Position numbers and translations under genes: made by a program
Origin: Escherichia phage E26
Sequence record: MN655998.1
Strand: one strand, 5' to 3'
DNA length: 64,000 nucleotides
The notes under the pieces: model-generated
What the model was told of the DNA's origin: nothing
What the model saw: only the letters and a program-made list of their open reading frames with translations
The model's database searches: none
In this document: positions 31,348 through 42,601 of the stretch, one piece after another
How positions within the stretch are numbered: position 1 is the first letter of the stretch
Layout of the letters: each line of letters starts with the position of its first letter

Positions 31348-32169
31348 TTATGCATCCTTCCAAACTTTCCTTGCGTCGTATTTCTTGCCTTTTGACATAA
31401 ACTGATATGTAGGCATATAGATAATATTGCTCCAGTCTTTCGGGCTAATCTCAACAAGTTTTGTTTTAATGTGTCCCGGTAGATATGCTTTGATCATGTG
31501 GTCACTACCACGCATACCTTTTACATCGCTCCATTTGATTTTTAAGCGTGTTTTATTGCTCAAGGTAGGAGTAGATGCATATTGCTTTAAAAGTGCCTCT
31601 AAAAACTGCTGACGGGCTTTAGGAGTTACATAGTGTAAGTTAAGACCCAGCATCACAGTATTACCCGCCTTTGTCTTAGAATCACCCAGACAAATGATCA
31701 GCGGGAAAACATCCCAATATGGCAAAGTGTCTTTATACTTAGCATCATACATAAAGGTATAGATTCGCCCTACTTGCGGTTTTACAATCTGGTGTCCCTT
31801 TATTCCAGCTTTTATTGTTTTAGTAAACCACTCCTGTGATTTTTCTTTAGGACGACTCTTTGATACAGCACGCATAGACGCACGAAAATCATTAATCATC
31901 ATCATTGCGCGTTGCTGCTTATTGAGACCCTTTGCGCCTTTCCCTTTTAGTTTTTCAACTTCTATTGCTGTTTTAATTTCGCTGGCATAACGAGACATAC
32001 TTTTAGTGAAAGTCGCATAGGCTATTCCCTTAGAATCTGCAAATGCTTTAGCTGTCATGCCTTTGGCTTTTGCCTTCGCAAATTCTACACCCAATTCGAC
32101 CCACTGTTTAGACTTTCGTTTTTGGGGAGACGGCTTTTCGTCTTCTGTGATTATTTCAAATACGCTCAT
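31348..32169 (-). CDS. 2: DNA end protector protein gp2
   Basis: Assigned by synteny (between 3 and 4) and size (273 aa). Confidence 0.65.
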   Translation of the reverse strand: MSVFEIITEDEKPSPQKRKSKQWVELGVEFAKAKAKGMTAKAFADSKGIAYATFTKSMSRYASEIKTAIEVEKLKGKGAKGLNKQQRAMMMINDFRASMRAVSKSRPKEKSQEWFTKTIKAGIKGHQIVKPQVGRIYTFMYDAKYKDTLPYWDVFPLIICLGDSKTKAGNTVMLGLNLHYVTPKARQQFLEALLKQYASTPTLSNKTRLKIKWSDVKGMRGSDHMIKAYLPGHIKTKLVEISPKDWSNIIYMPTYQFMSKGKKYDARKVWKDA

Positions 32170-32180
32170 AATATTATCCT

Positions 32181-32654
32181 CTATTTGTTAAGCCCTTTAA
32201 AGCCAAATACTTTCTTTAATGCGTGTTCAGTTATGATCTTAAACTCCATGTTATACTTTTGGCATAATTTCACGGCAGCCAACCATTTTTCGGTATTTTT
32301 TGTGTACGTCCATACTTCATGCATATACCGTTGCTTTGTCTTCGCGGTCATTCTTTTTGGCTTTTCCGGTGGCCTTGTCTCTTTAGCTGGTTTAACTTCC
32401 CATAAATGCTCCTTGCCATCATCAAACTTAACGTAAAAATCCATAAAGTATCTGTGTCTTTTTCCGTCTGTTGATGACTCATAAGGAATTACTACGGTCT
32501 CAGATCCCCATTTTGCAACTCTAGGATTGCGGTCTAGCCACTGCATGATCCATCTTTCCCAGCTTGAACGGTATGTGATTTTCCGTATATCCCCTTTATA
32601 TTTTTCCTTATTCTCAGGAACATACTTGCCCTTATAAGTGTTAGATCCTCCCAT
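32181..32654 (-). CDS. 4: head completion protein gp4
   Basis: Assigned by synteny (divergent from gene 53) and size (157 aa). Confidence 0.6.
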   Translation of the reverse strand: MGGSNTYKGKYVPENKEKYKGDIRKITYRSSWERWIMQWLDRNPRVAKWGSETVVIPYESSTDGKRHRYFMDFYVKFDDGKEHLWEVKPAKETRPPEKPKRMTAKTKQRYMHEVWTYTKNTEKWLAAVKLCQKYNMEFKIITEHALKKVFGFKGLNK

Positions 32655-32669
32655 TTTAGCACCCTTTAT

Positions 32670-32677
32670 TATAAATA
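32670..32677 (+). promoter_or_regulatory. T4-type late promoter (TATAAATA)
   Basis: Exact TATAAATA 33 nt upstream of gene 53 start. Confidence 0.65.
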
Positions 32678-32709
32678 CATAATACTATTTATCAATTGAG
32701 GGTGATAAA

Positions 32710-33264
32710 ATGCTCTTTTCTTTCTTCCCTGCCATAGAATACAACGGCAAGATGATTACTGACATTGTGCGCAATTACCGCGCATATTTCAACGCAATAA
32801 TTTCTGATTATAACATACAAACATATTACATTCAAGGTAGTCCACGACCGGAACAAGTTGCATATGAAGTATACGGAAACCAGCAACTTTATTGGATCTT
32901 GCTGATGCTTAATGACGTATACGATCCGTTTCATGACTGGATCACCGATCAAGAGACAGCATATGAATCAGCCGAACAACGATATGCAAATGTAGGAGGA
33001 AATCAAGTATTATACCACGTTGATATTGACGGAAACAAGTATTGGAATCTTACCGAATATCCGAAAGGATCAAGCAACTGGTATGATAAAGGGGATATTC
33101 ATCATCGTCATTTGCAGTTTCAAGGTGCATTATCGGCAGTAGACACACTGGAAGATGCGATCCTCCGTAATGAGGAACGACGCAAGATCAAGATCATAGA
33201 TCCTACACAAATTAAACAATTTATTAACGCATTCATTCGAGAAATGGAAAAGGCTGATGTGTAA
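32710..33264 (+). CDS. 53: baseplate wedge protein gp53
   Basis: Assigned by position immediately upstream of gene 5 and size (184 aa). Confidence 0.65.
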   Translation: MLFSFFPAIEYNGKMITDIVRNYRAYFNAIISDYNIQTYYIQGSPRPEQVAYEVYGNQQLYWILLMLNDVYDPFHDWITDQETAYESAEQRYANVGGNQVLYHVDIDGNKYWNLTEYPKGSSNWYDKGDIHHRHLQFQGALSAVDTLEDAILRNEERRKIKIIDPTQIKQFINAFIREMEKADV

Positions 33265-33275
33265 GGTGATTAATT

Positions 33276-35075
33276 ATGCTAATGTTTAATAACTCCGTTA
33301 AATGGTTTACCGGAATTGTAGAAAACAGGGAAGACCCATTAATGCTGGGGCGTGTTCAGGTTAGGATTCATGGTATACATCCTTCGCTATCCGCACACGG
33401 TGACATTCAAGGTCTTCCAACCGAAGATCTATTATGGATTACGCCAGTACAAGATATTACAAGCGCGGCGATCTCCGGTATAGGTCAAAGCCCTACTGGT
33501 ATTGTTGAAGGTTCAATGGTATTTGGTTTGGCTTTAGATGAACGTTATTTAAACTGCGTTATTCTGGGTACTATTGCCGGACAATATACAGAGAAACCAC
33601 TCACTACAGAAGGTTTTTGCGACCCTTCCGGTGCATATCCGCGTTATATCGGTAATGATGTTAATATTCTTGCCCGTGGCGGTATTAACCCAGAAACCGG
33701 ACAAACAACAAAACCTGATAGTGTCTATATTCGAGATGAAAACACTGGAGTTGCAGTAAATCCAGACGACGAGCCATTAGATCAAATTCCGGTTGATGAT
33801 AATCCTGATTTTACAATAGAAAAAATGCTTCGTGGCGATGAGGGATATCGTGAGAAATGGTATCTTGATTCAGAAGGATATCCGACAATAGGCATCGGGC
33901 ATTTGATCATTTATAAGAAAACCAGTGATCTGGGTATTATCAATAATGAACTTTCTAAGCTGGTAGGGCGTGAAGTTACAAACGGAAGACTTACCGCCGA
34001 AGAAGTTAGTAAAGTATTTGCCGACGATATAGAAAAGACTCGTCGTGATATGCGCAAACATCCACGAATTGCACCTGTCTATAATAAATGTAATGCCTCA
34101 CGTCGTATGGCATTAGAAAATATGGCGTTTCAAATGGGTGTTGGTGGATTGGGTAAATTTAAGAATAGTCTTGCTGCGATGTTAGCGGAAGAATGGAAAC
34201 AAGCCTATGATGGATTACGTCAATCGGTATGGGCTAACCAAACTCCAGGACGTTCAAGCCGTGTTTCTAAAATTATTTTAACTGGTAACTTAGAATCATA
34301 TGGCGTAATTGCTCCTAAGAAAGAGGAAACTGTTTCAGATGATCCGAGAGCACGTTTGAGAAATGCCCGTATTGCTGCCTATAAGACGCAGAGAGCAGAA
34401 GAAGACCCAGAAGCACCGTTTACCCCACAAGACACACGAATCATGTTTAAAGAGCCTAAGAGTTCGTATTCTGCGAGGTATCCTTATAACCATGTGTACG
34501 AGTCAGAGAGCGGTCATATTATCGAGATTGATGATACTCCTTCTCATGAGCGATATCATCGCAAACATCCTTCTGGTACATTTGAAGAAACCAGACCGGA
34601 CGGAACGAGGGTAGAAAAGATTGAAGGTGATGATTATCTGATCGTTAAACAAGGCCGGAAAGTAAACGTTAAGGGTAATTTGCAAGTTGTTGTTGAAGGT
34701 GACGCGCAAGTTTATTATATGGGTAATGTGATGCAAACCGTTGATGGTAACGTCACTGAATTTATTCGTGGCAATGTTAATCAGACCGTTGAAGGTACTG
34801 CTAACATGCATGTTGTTGGTGATGTTATCGCACAGCTTGACGCTAATTTGACGGCTAACGTCAAGGGTAATGCTGAATTAATGATCGAGGGTAACACTAC
34901 AGAGACAATTAAAGGTAACTATGATTTAACCGTTGAGGGTAATTTTAATATGACCGTCAATGGCACTAAATCAGATCAGGTTAATGGTGACTGGTCCCGT
35001 AATTGTGGTGCAAGCGTTAAAGATATTGCATCTGGTACAGTTAAAATTGATGGTAGCCGTATTGATCTTGGGTGA
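33276..35075 (+). CDS. 5: baseplate hub and tail lysozyme gp5
   Basis: 599 aa; internal T4-lysozyme-like segment (YLDSEGYPTIGIGHL) and C-terminal VxGxxxxxV beta-helix repeats. Confidence 0.9.
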   Translation: MLMFNNSVKWFTGIVENREDPLMLGRVQVRIHGIHPSLSAHGDIQGLPTEDLLWITPVQDITSAAISGIGQSPTGIVEGSMVFGLALDERYLNCVILGTIAGQYTEKPLTTEGFCDPSGAYPRYIGNDVNILARGGINPETGQTTKPDSVYIRDENTGVAVNPDDEPLDQIPVDDNPDFTIEKMLRGDEGYREKWYLDSEGYPTIGIGHLIIYKKTSDLGIINNELSKLVGREVTNGRLTAEEVSKVFADDIEKTRRDMRKHPRIAPVYNKCNASRRMALENMAFQMGVGGLGKFKNSLAAMLAEEWKQAYDGLRQSVWANQTPGRSSRVSKIILTGNLESYGVIAPKKEETVSDDPRARLRNARIAAYKTQRAEEDPEAPFTPQDTRIMFKEPKSSYSARYPYNHVYESESGHIIEIDDTPSHERYHRKHPSGTFEETRPDGTRVEKIEGDDYLIVKQGRKVNVKGNLQVVVEGDAQVYYMGNVMQTVDGNVTEFIRGNVNQTVEGTANMHVVGDVIAQLDANLTANVKGNAELMIEGNTTETIKGNYDLTVEGNFNMTVNGTKSDQVNGDWSRNCGASVKDIASGTVKIDGSRIDLG

Positions 35076-35083
35076 GGTAACTA

Positions 35084-35650
35084 ATGGTTGAAATTCTTCC
35101 GATGAGTTCAAAATTGGAGGATATCAGCGAGCGAGAAATCTTTGAGGTGGTGTTCTCTTATAAAGCAACGCCACCGGATGCAAATACCACATACACGATT
35201 AAAGAGTTTAAGATCAGCGAGTATCGCCCTAATAAGGGCGTTACCGTTGAAGAAACTAAAATATCTGGTGAGTATAGGGATAGTTTTTCGCTTGGCGCGG
35301 ATTCTCTTAAATATATAACGAAAGATCGAATTAAAAAATCTGCCGGAAGTTTTGATGATTTACCAGATCCAACTACCGCAGATCTATATTATTTTAACGC
35401 TCCTACACGTCTACAGGAGGTTTATACTTATAAAGTAACCCTAACCTATATCCAATCTGTTTCAGAGTCTTCTGGTGGTTCTGGTGAAGGAAATAGTGGT
35501 GGTTCCAATAGCCGAGAGGGTTCTGGTGAAACTAATCCTCCTCCGGTAGTAACCGAGCACACAATAGAGAAAGTTTATACTCAAACCGTTTTTGGAAATT
35601 GGGATGTGTGGGCGCAGCAACTAAGAGATTATGTACATAGGGGTGTTTAA
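35084..35650 (+). CDS. 5.1: hypothetical protein at gp5.1 position
   Basis: Position after gene 5. Confidence 0.5.
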   Translation: MVEILPMSSKLEDISEREIFEVVFSYKATPPDANTTYTIKEFKISEYRPNKGVTVEETKISGEYRDSFSLGADSLKYITKDRIKKSAGSFDDLPDPTTADLYYFNAPTRLQEVYTYKVTLTYIQSVSESSGGSGEGNSGGSNSREGSGETNPPPVVTEHTIEKVYTQTVFGNWDVWAQQLRDYVHRGV

Positions 35651-35943
35651 TGGCTGGATTATCCTACGATAAAGCTAAAACTACAGGGCACGGAAACTAC
35701 CCACCTACGGTAATTAATGCAACTCAATCTAAGGTATTTGTTGAGGGTATCCCTGTATTAGTCGAAGGAGACCCAATTACACCACACACAAAAACAACAA
35801 AGCCTTATGATACACACGGGGGAACTACGGTCGCCAGTACCCCGAAAGTATTTGTTACCGGAAAGAAAGCAATTCAAATGGCAGATCGTATTAGCTGTGG
35901 CGATACCGTCGCTATGGCATCACCGAAGGTATTCATAAAATGA
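35650..35943 (+). CDS. 5.4: PAAR-repeat spike tip protein gp5.4
   Basis: 97 aa with repeated PxxVEGxP / KVFV motifs typical of PAAR proteins, after gene 5. Confidence 0.7.
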   Translation: MAGLSYDKAKTTGHGNYPPTVINATQSKVFVEGIPVLVEGDPITPHTKTTKPYDTHGGTTVASTPKVFVTGKKAIQMADRISCGDTVAMASPKVFIK

Positions 35944-37844
35944 CAAAGCAAAAGATTACACAAATTCCTGATATTTTTAATGCTGCTACATTCGATGAAA
36001 TTAAAAGCGCATTAACAGACTGGATGAGAAACCAGGAAGAATTTAAAGATTTTGATTTTAATGGTGCTGGTATTAACGTATTGATGGACTTGCTCGCATA
36101 TAACACTCTGTATATTCAGCAATTCGCTAACGCCGCGCTATATGAATCTTTTATCAGAACGGCAATTAAGCGTAGTTCAGTTGTTCAAGCCGCGCAAGAT
36201 TTAGGATATTTGCCAGCAAGTAAAACTAGTGCATCGACTACAATTATGTTGCACGTAACACATCCGCGAAATCCGGCAAGTATTCGAATCCCACGAGGAA
36301 CTAAATTTATTGCAAGTGTGGATCGCCAGACGTCTTATCCGTTTGTGACTACCGAAGACGTTGTGAGCGTTTTAGGTTCAAATGGTTTATATACGCCTAT
36401 GCTTAAAGTCGCACAAGGTCGTATTGTTCGTACAGAAATGTTATTTGATCCGAAGAAACAAATTCTGATCCGCGATCCTGATATTGACCGCGCTCAGGTT
36501 AAATTGTGGGTAGACGGTGCTGAATGGAAAGACTGGACGCGAGAAAGCATTGTTAATGCAACTGGCGCTAGTAATATTTTCTATATGCGTGAAACCGTAG
36601 ACGGTCATACAGAAATCTTCTTTGGTGAGGGTGAATCAACTTTATCTGCTGCTGGCGGTGCACTGGAAGCAAATTATATTGGTGGACTTAAGCCGTCAAC
36701 TGGCGCTAATATTGTTATCGAATATATCAGCACTAAAGGCGCGGAAGCAAACGGTTCAGTTAATTTCACATACGCGGATACCCTTGCATCTATCTCTATT
36801 GTTAAAATTATTGAGAATCCGACAAATGATCGTGATTATGTCGGTGCGGATGGTGGTGGTGATCCTGAATCAATCGAACGTATCCGTGAACTTGCTCCGG
36901 TAATGCGTGAATCTCAGCGTCGTTGTGTAACTGCTTCCGACTATGAGGCTTTTGTGTCTAGCCGTTTTGGTAGTATTGTTCAGGCGGTACAATGTTTCAC
37001 CGACCGAGAAAAACCGGGTTATGCTTTTGTTGCTGTTAAGCCTAAATCTGGCTTGCGCTTGACAACCGTTCAAAAAGAAGATATGCGGGATTATCTGGCA
37101 AAATATAACCTTGCCCCTATCACGCCGAGCATCATTGACCCTAACTATCTGTATATTAAACAGAATATTAAAGTTTCCTATTCAATCAACGACTTGTCAG
37201 AATCAGAGCAGTGGTTGCGCGGTGCGGTTATTGATCAGATTGATGCATATTATACCGACGAAGTGGAAATTTTTAACCAGACCTTTAGTAAGTCTAAAAT
37301 GCTTGCGCGTATTGACAAAGCTGATGTATCTGTGATAGGTTCTAGTGCAGAAATCGAGATGGTGCGAGAGATCGACAACTTCTATAAAGCACCGATGGCT
37401 GGAATCAAGTTTTTAAACCAGTATAAGAGCGGAATCAAGTCTAGTTCATTCAACTTCGAAAAGGACGACAAGCAATATCCGATCCATTATGTAAGTACAG
37501 AAATGAACAAAGAATCCGGTTTAGCTAAATTGCTGGTTGGACCTTTCCCTGTTGATTCTACAATCGCTTTACCGCACTATTCCGGCACTGATTTTGATAA
37601 AGAGGTTATCGACGGTGCGGACCTATACTTTGAGGTTGGAGAGGTTAAGCATTATGACGACCTTATTTCATGGGATCTGGGTAAACTGAATATCAATAGC
37701 GATCGCTTTACTGGTTCATATATTGAGTTGACAGCTAAACCGATTGCTGATAACATCTTTACTAAAGACGGTTCTTTGATCGTGTTTGAAAACGATCTCC
37801 GTCCTCAGTACACAACTATTAGTCTGGAGGCAATTGCTCAATGA
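35940..37844 (+). CDS. 6: baseplate wedge protein gp6
   Basis: Synteny and size (634 aa vs about 660 in T4). Confidence 0.75.
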   Translation: MTKQKITQIPDIFNAATFDEIKSALTDWMRNQEEFKDFDFNGAGINVLMDLLAYNTLYIQQFANAALYESFIRTAIKRSSVVQAAQDLGYLPASKTSASTTIMLHVTHPRNPASIRIPRGTKFIASVDRQTSYPFVTTEDVVSVLGSNGLYTPMLKVAQGRIVRTEMLFDPKKQILIRDPDIDRAQVKLWVDGAEWKDWTRESIVNATGASNIFYMRETVDGHTEIFFGEGESTLSAAGGALEANYIGGLKPSTGANIVIEYISTKGAEANGSVNFTYADTLASISIVKIIENPTNDRDYVGADGGGDPESIERIRELAPVMRESQRRCVTASDYEAFVSSRFGSIVQAVQCFTDREKPGYAFVAVKPKSGLRLTTVQKEDMRDYLAKYNLAPITPSIIDPNYLYIKQNIKVSYSINDLSESEQWLRGAVIDQIDAYYTDEVEIFNQTFSKSKMLARIDKADVSVIGSSAEIEMVREIDNFYKAPMAGIKFLNQYKSGIKSSSFNFEKDDKQYPIHYVSTEMNKESGLAKLLVGPFPVDSTIALPHYSGTDFDKEVIDGADLYFEVGEVKHYDDLISWDLGKLNINSDRFTGSYIELTAKPIADNIFTKDGSLIVFENDLRPQYTTISLEAIAQ

Positions 37845-40800
37845 TTAAAGCGCCTAGTGTAACTAGCTTGACAATAGAAAAATTGTCTGCTAATCAGGCG
37901 TATATCACATGGGATGACGTAGGCGAAAACTTCTTTTATTTTGTGGAGTTAGCCGAAACCAGAACACGAGACGGGGAGATCATCCCCGTCGATGAGTTAA
38001 GCTGGGTAAACCTGGGATATACTGCCGAACAAAACTGGTTTGAGGATAAAAACCTTTTTCCAGAATATTATTACAAGTTTCGTGTAGCAGTAGCCGCAGA
38101 AGGATTTGAACAAAGTAAATGGGTTGAAACAGAAGAGTTTCAGACATTTAAAACAAACGCATATAATTTTTCTATGATGCGAGAGTTCAACCTTGCAAAT
38201 GAGTTTATAAAGGAAAAATTTACATACGATAATCGAGAGTATGTCAAGTTTAATACTGACCTGATTCAAGCATCATTGATGAAGGAAGATTTTGTCTTTA
38301 GTCCTGAATATGCAAACATGACAAATATCTCAAACTACATTGTAGTTGATGAGAACTTTCATGAAATACAGGATCACATAGAAAAAGTTTGTATTGATAT
38401 AAACCGCACTATGTTAGCGGAAATGAACGGTGTTTTGTACCTTTTCGAACGGTTCCAGCCGATCGTGAAAGTGTCAAATGATAAAGGTCAATCATGGAAA
38501 GCATACAAGGCTTTTAATGACCGTGTAGGCAATCCGGTTTCCCGTACATGCGTTTATCAGTCTAAAACAACTACTTACGTTTTAGGTTATGACCGAATCT
38601 TTTACGGACGACAAGCGAGCGATACTCGATGGAGCGCGGACGATGTTCGATTTAGTGATGATACGATCACTTTTGCAAAGGTTGGTGACGAGAACGATTT
38701 AGGGTTTGATGTTGAGGTATTTGGCGTATTTTCCCGATTAACAGGCGACACCACAAAATACGCCGAAGCGATGGCGTGTAGTGACGATTATTTGTGGGTT
38801 GGTGCTAAGGATGTTATTCGCAGGATTCGCCTTAAGAATACTCCGGTCGATACCGTACAGGGTTCGCCTACGTTTGGAGAAAAAATATTCGATCCTGATG
38901 TTATCAGAGTAACAGGAAATGATAAAGCTGTCATTCAGAAAATGGATGTGATCGACGGTAAATTGCTTGTATTTGTTACGGGTGAAGTTAAACAGCGTTA
39001 TCAAGATCCAACTAAACCAGAAAACGTTGTTCCGTCAGATGATGCGGGTGTATACTTAATAGGGAGTGATGGTCTGTCTTTTCAGAGAGTATTTGGCAAC
39101 ACTCCGCAGGAAAGGGAATATATTCAGCATGGGTTCAGTAATATGTCAACCAATGGTGATGAGGTGTTCATAAGCCATTATAATCATCACTTCGAAAGCA
39201 TTTTACCTGATCCAGAAACTGCCGCGAAATATGAATTAGGCGAAGCTGTGAAATATTCTCAGGAGCCAACTTATCTAACTGATAAGAAAATACATCAAAC
39301 TACTTTCAGAGCAAGTTATGATGATTTGCGTATTTGGGAGTTAGGACCGCAAGCGTATTATAATGAGGCTGATTATACATGGATGCGTCGAAACGGTGTC
39401 CGTGTGTGGATCACAAATGATAATCGCCCGTTGGTTGTTTATCCAGAGGTTATCTATACTCAAGAAGTTGATACGTCCGGCATTCTTGATCAAAATAGGG
39501 TCAACCGAGAAGTTTATGATAAAGGGACCGTGACCTGTTATCTTAACAATGTTAAATTTGAAGGATTCAAACAATATGCATCCGGTGTAATGTTCCATAA
39601 AAACACGGGAGAGATCATAGGATTCTATCAATTTAACTATCGCGTTCGTGATCAGGTTGGTGTATATTGGAAACCTACAAATGTAGCATTTGTTGCTGAA
39701 TTGCAAAATCAGGTTCGAGAGGTTCCCTGGGTTCCGGTTCACTACGATCGAGAGCAAGATCCAGATTTGCGACCTTTACTGAATAAGATGACACCTGATA
39801 GCTTTTTACTTGAGAACGAAAATTTCAGAAAATTCTCTGAATATTATCTGCAATTCTTAAGTGATGGTTCAGGAACATATTATAATAAACTAAAAAATCT
39901 GATTAAAAACAAATATCCACGCGAGCAAGATGCATATGAGTATCTTTGGTCAGAGATGAACAAACGAAACATCTATGCAGATAAAAACAAGCGAGATGCG
40001 GTAGTAAGATTCTTTGAATCCCGCAAATCAGATTTTTATTCCACTAAGGGCGTGGAGGCTTCTTATAAGTTCTTGTTTAAGTTACTTTATAATGAAGATG
40101 TGGAAATTGAGGTTGAATCACAAGCCGGACTAGAGTATGATATTGTTGTTAGTTCAACGAACATTGACGAGGATATCGTAGGTCGCACGATTTATACTCC
40201 AACCGGACGGGCTAACGTGACTTATCTTGAAAGGGAATATGAAGGTGGTCGCCTACGCTGGCGAGTAACCATTCATAACCTGATCGGGCGGTTCGAAGAA
40301 GGTCAAGTGATCAAATCAGAGAAAACAGCGTTTGAAGGGATGATCCTTGTTGGTGTACGTGGTAAAGAGTTGTTGAGTAGTTCAATCGACTATATCAACC
40401 GCTCACGAAGCCAATACACCATGAAGATTAAAAGTGCATTGCCAGTTTCTCGCTATGCAAATGATGTAATGCGATTCGTTCATCCTGTCGGCTTTGGGTT
40501 TATCGGTGTTACCCTGCTTACGATGTTCATTAACAGCGGGTTAAGCATGAAACACACAGAGACGATAATTCAATCTCTAAAAAATTATAAGTTTGACAGC
40601 GGATTGCCTAGCGTGTATCCTGATCGGGTGGCAGACCTTGACGTTGACGGAAACATTAAGAAAGACCCGCTTACCGGAAAAGCATTATATTTGACTTCAC
40701 CTTTAATTGGTGAAGAATTTCCGGTTCCCCCTGAATATGATCAGGAGAACAGCGAATTGTTCCACGGACTTAAAGCAAGCGAACGAAGATTTGCAATGAG

Positions 40801-40927
40801 TCCACTGTTTGACCAGTCGGCGGTAACATTCTCTATGTTCCGTGAACTTGTAGATAAACGGTTGAAGGATAATATAGGGAATCCACGCGATCCGAAGAAT
40901 CCGACACAGAGGAAAATTAATGGCTAA
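37841..40927 (+). CDS. 7: baseplate wedge initiator gp7
   Basis: Synteny and size (1028 aa vs about 1032 in T4). Confidence 0.8.
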   Translation: MIKAPSVTSLTIEKLSANQAYITWDDVGENFFYFVELAETRTRDGEIIPVDELSWVNLGYTAEQNWFEDKNLFPEYYYKFRVAVAAEGFEQSKWVETEEFQTFKTNAYNFSMMREFNLANEFIKEKFTYDNREYVKFNTDLIQASLMKEDFVFSPEYANMTNISNYIVVDENFHEIQDHIEKVCIDINRTMLAEMNGVLYLFERFQPIVKVSNDKGQSWKAYKAFNDRVGNPVSRTCVYQSKTTTYVLGYDRIFYGRQASDTRWSADDVRFSDDTITFAKVGDENDLGFDVEVFGVFSRLTGDTTKYAEAMACSDDYLWVGAKDVIRRIRLKNTPVDTVQGSPTFGEKIFDPDVIRVTGNDKAVIQKMDVIDGKLLVFVTGEVKQRYQDPTKPENVVPSDDAGVYLIGSDGLSFQRVFGNTPQEREYIQHGFSNMSTNGDEVFISHYNHHFESILPDPETAAKYELGEAVKYSQEPTYLTDKKIHQTTFRASYDDLRIWELGPQAYYNEADYTWMRRNGVRVWITNDNRPLVVYPEVIYTQEVDTSGILDQNRVNREVYDKGTVTCYLNNVKFEGFKQYASGVMFHKNTGEIIGFYQFNYRVRDQVGVYWKPTNVAFVAELQNQVREVPWVPVHYDREQDPDLRPLLNKMTPDSFLLENENFRKFSEYYLQFLSDGSGTYYNKLKNLIKNKYPREQDAYEYLWSEMNKRNIYADKNKRDAVVRFFESRKSDFYSTKGVEASYKFLFKLLYNEDVEIEVESQAGLEYDIVVSSTNIDEDIVGRTIYTPTGRANVTYLEREYEGGRLRWRVTIHNLIGRFEEGQVIKSEKTAFEGMILVGVRGKELLSSSIDYINRSRSQYTMKIKSALPVSRYANDVMRFVHPVGFGFIGVTLLTMFINSGLSMKHTETIIQSLKNYKFDSGLPSVYPDRVADLDVDGNIKKDPLTGKALYLTSPLIGEEFPVPPEYDQENSELFHGLKASERRFAMSPLFDQSAVTFSMFRELVDKRLKDNIGNPRDPKNPTQRKING

Positions 40928-41915
40928 TGAAAATAGTGTGATCTATCGCTCAATCATTACTAGTAAATTCAGAACGGAAAAACTTCTGAATTTCTATAAT
41001 TCTGTAGGCGATGAGGCAAATCAAATTACAATTTATGGAACGTTTGGACGTTCGGAGCCGTGGTCAGAAAACGAAAAAGAGGTGGGCTTTGCCCCACCTT
41101 ATCCGACCGATTCAACGGCTGGTGTTGTTGACATGTGGACCCATATGATGGGGGCGGTTAAGATTAACAAATCACTTCTTGATGCGGTTATCCCTCGTAA
41201 AGATTGGGGTGATACCGGACAGGATAACCCGCGCACATTCTTTATCAATGACATTGTTGTTGTCAACTCAGCACCATATAACCGAACTGATGTTGGTAGC
41301 GGCTGGATGGTGTATCGCGTAACCGATGTTCCTGATCGCGGTTACTGCTCGATTTCAAGCATTGATGCTAAAGTAGAGTGTTTGAAGTTGGGCGGAAAGT
41401 GGACCCCCACTCATGAATCAATTGCGCCACCTGTAGGAAAGGGCGATTCTATTGATATGGGTGATGGGTATCGTTGGGAATATCTGTACACAATTCCACC
41501 TGATGCGGCGATCAACCGTTGCACCAATGAACATATTGTTGTACCGTTCCCCGATGAACTGCGACAAGATCCGGCGCGTTGGGGCTATGACAATGTGATC
41601 ACCTGGTATAATGACTATAATCTGCTTTATCGGCTGAAAGTAGTAACTTTGCGTTTTCAGGCTTATATGGACTCTGCGCAATTCCCAACTACCGCGTTAG
41701 TGGGTAATACTGGTTTCCGTCAGTTAAGCATTATCCTTAACCCATTGGAAAAGAAAGCACGCCCTAGCGATCCAGACGTTAAAGCGGTTAACGATAAGTA
41801 CCGACCGCAAGACTTAGAGCCACACTCAGGAGAAATGATCTACATGGAAAACCGACAACCTATCGTTCGGTCATTAGATCAAACAGAACTTGTTTCTGTA
41901 TTGTTTGAGTTCTAA
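40920..41915 (+). CDS. 8: baseplate wedge protein gp8
   Basis: Synteny and size (331 aa). Confidence 0.75.
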   Translation: MANENSVIYRSIITSKFRTEKLLNFYNSVGDEANQITIYGTFGRSEPWSENEKEVGFAPPYPTDSTAGVVDMWTHMMGAVKINKSLLDAVIPRKDWGDTGQDNPRTFFINDIVVVNSAPYNRTDVGSGWMVYRVTDVPDRGYCSISSIDAKVECLKLGGKWTPTHESIAPPVGKGDSIDMGDGYRWEYLYTIPPDAAINRCTNEHIVVPFPDELRQDPARWGYDNVITWYNDYNLLYRLKVVTLRFQAYMDSAQFPTTALVGNTGFRQLSIILNPLEKKARPSDPDVKAVNDKYRPQDLEPHSGEMIYMENRQPIVRSLDQTELVSVLFEF

Positions 41916-41929
41916 GTGTATGATTTAAA

Positions 41930-41957
41930 AAGCCAATTCGAGAGAGTTGGCTTTTTC
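41930..41957 (+). terminator. rho-independent terminator after gene 8
   Basis: Hairpin AAGCCAA...TTGGCTT followed by TTTTT. Confidence 0.6.
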
Positions 41958-41968
41958 TATTTTGGGTG

Positions 41969-41997
41969 TTGACAGTCTTGTCTGGTAAAGGTATAAT
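41969..41997 (+). promoter_or_regulatory. sigma70-type promoter (TTGACA-N17-TATAAT) on plus strand inside late region
   Basis: Perfect -35 and -10 hexamers with 17-nt spacer 30 nt upstream of the inserted ORF at 42027. Confidence 0.7.
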
Positions 41998-42026
41998 GCT
42001 CACATCTAAACAACGGAGGATAAATT

Positions 42027-42284
42027 ATGGCACGTCGTAAATTTACAGATAATTGTGAAGCAATTCAGGTATCCCCTTGCGGTTGGGATGTGATCGCGAA
42101 CGGTGAAAAGATCGGCGAGATCATCGATCATACTCATTCATCACTAGCCGATTACACCGATGAACTATGGGAGGGTATCAACTTCATGAATGACACTAAA
42201 CGATTCAAGACTATCGACGAAGCTATCTATTTTGTGTATAATCCAACTTTCGGTATGTGGGGAACTAGAAAATGGCACGCGTAA
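42027..42284 (+). CDS. hypothetical protein (first gene of inserted cassette)
   Basis: 85 aa ORF with strong GGAGGA RBS directly downstream of the promoter. Confidence 0.5.
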   Translation: MARRKFTDNCEAIQVSPCGWDVIANGEKIGEIIDHTHSSLADYTDELWEGINFMNDTKRFKTIDEAIYFVYNPTFGMWGTRKWHA

Positions 42285-42601
42285 ATATTAAATTGCATTA
42301 CACAATGGGTAAACCAAAACATCCAATGCATAAAGTGTTTTGGGGCTTGCATCTTCAAGAAAAATGGCATGATAACTATTGGTTTTGTGACCATGATAAG
42401 AAGTGGCATTCTCAAGATGAAGTTAATGCGATGATGGAACAGGGTATAAAATTTAATTACTCTAATTATGACCATAGCATTACTTGTATTCGAAAATTGA
42501 AACGGTTTATTCGAAAGAATCCGCAATTTAAAAACTTTGTGTTCTTTATGTCTCATGTTTATTTGGGGCATAGCGTTACAGTAACAGCAAAGGTTAAATA
42601 A
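42272..42601 (+). CDS. hypothetical His/Trp-rich protein (second gene of inserted cassette)
   Basis: 109 aa ORF overlapping upstream gene; stop overlaps next start (TAATG). Confidence 0.45.
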   Translation: MARVNIKLHYTMGKPKHPMHKVFWGLHLQEKWHDNYWFCDHDKKWHSQDEVNAMMEQGIKFNYSNYDHSITCIRKLKRFIRKNPQFKNFVFFMSHVYLGHSVTVTAKVK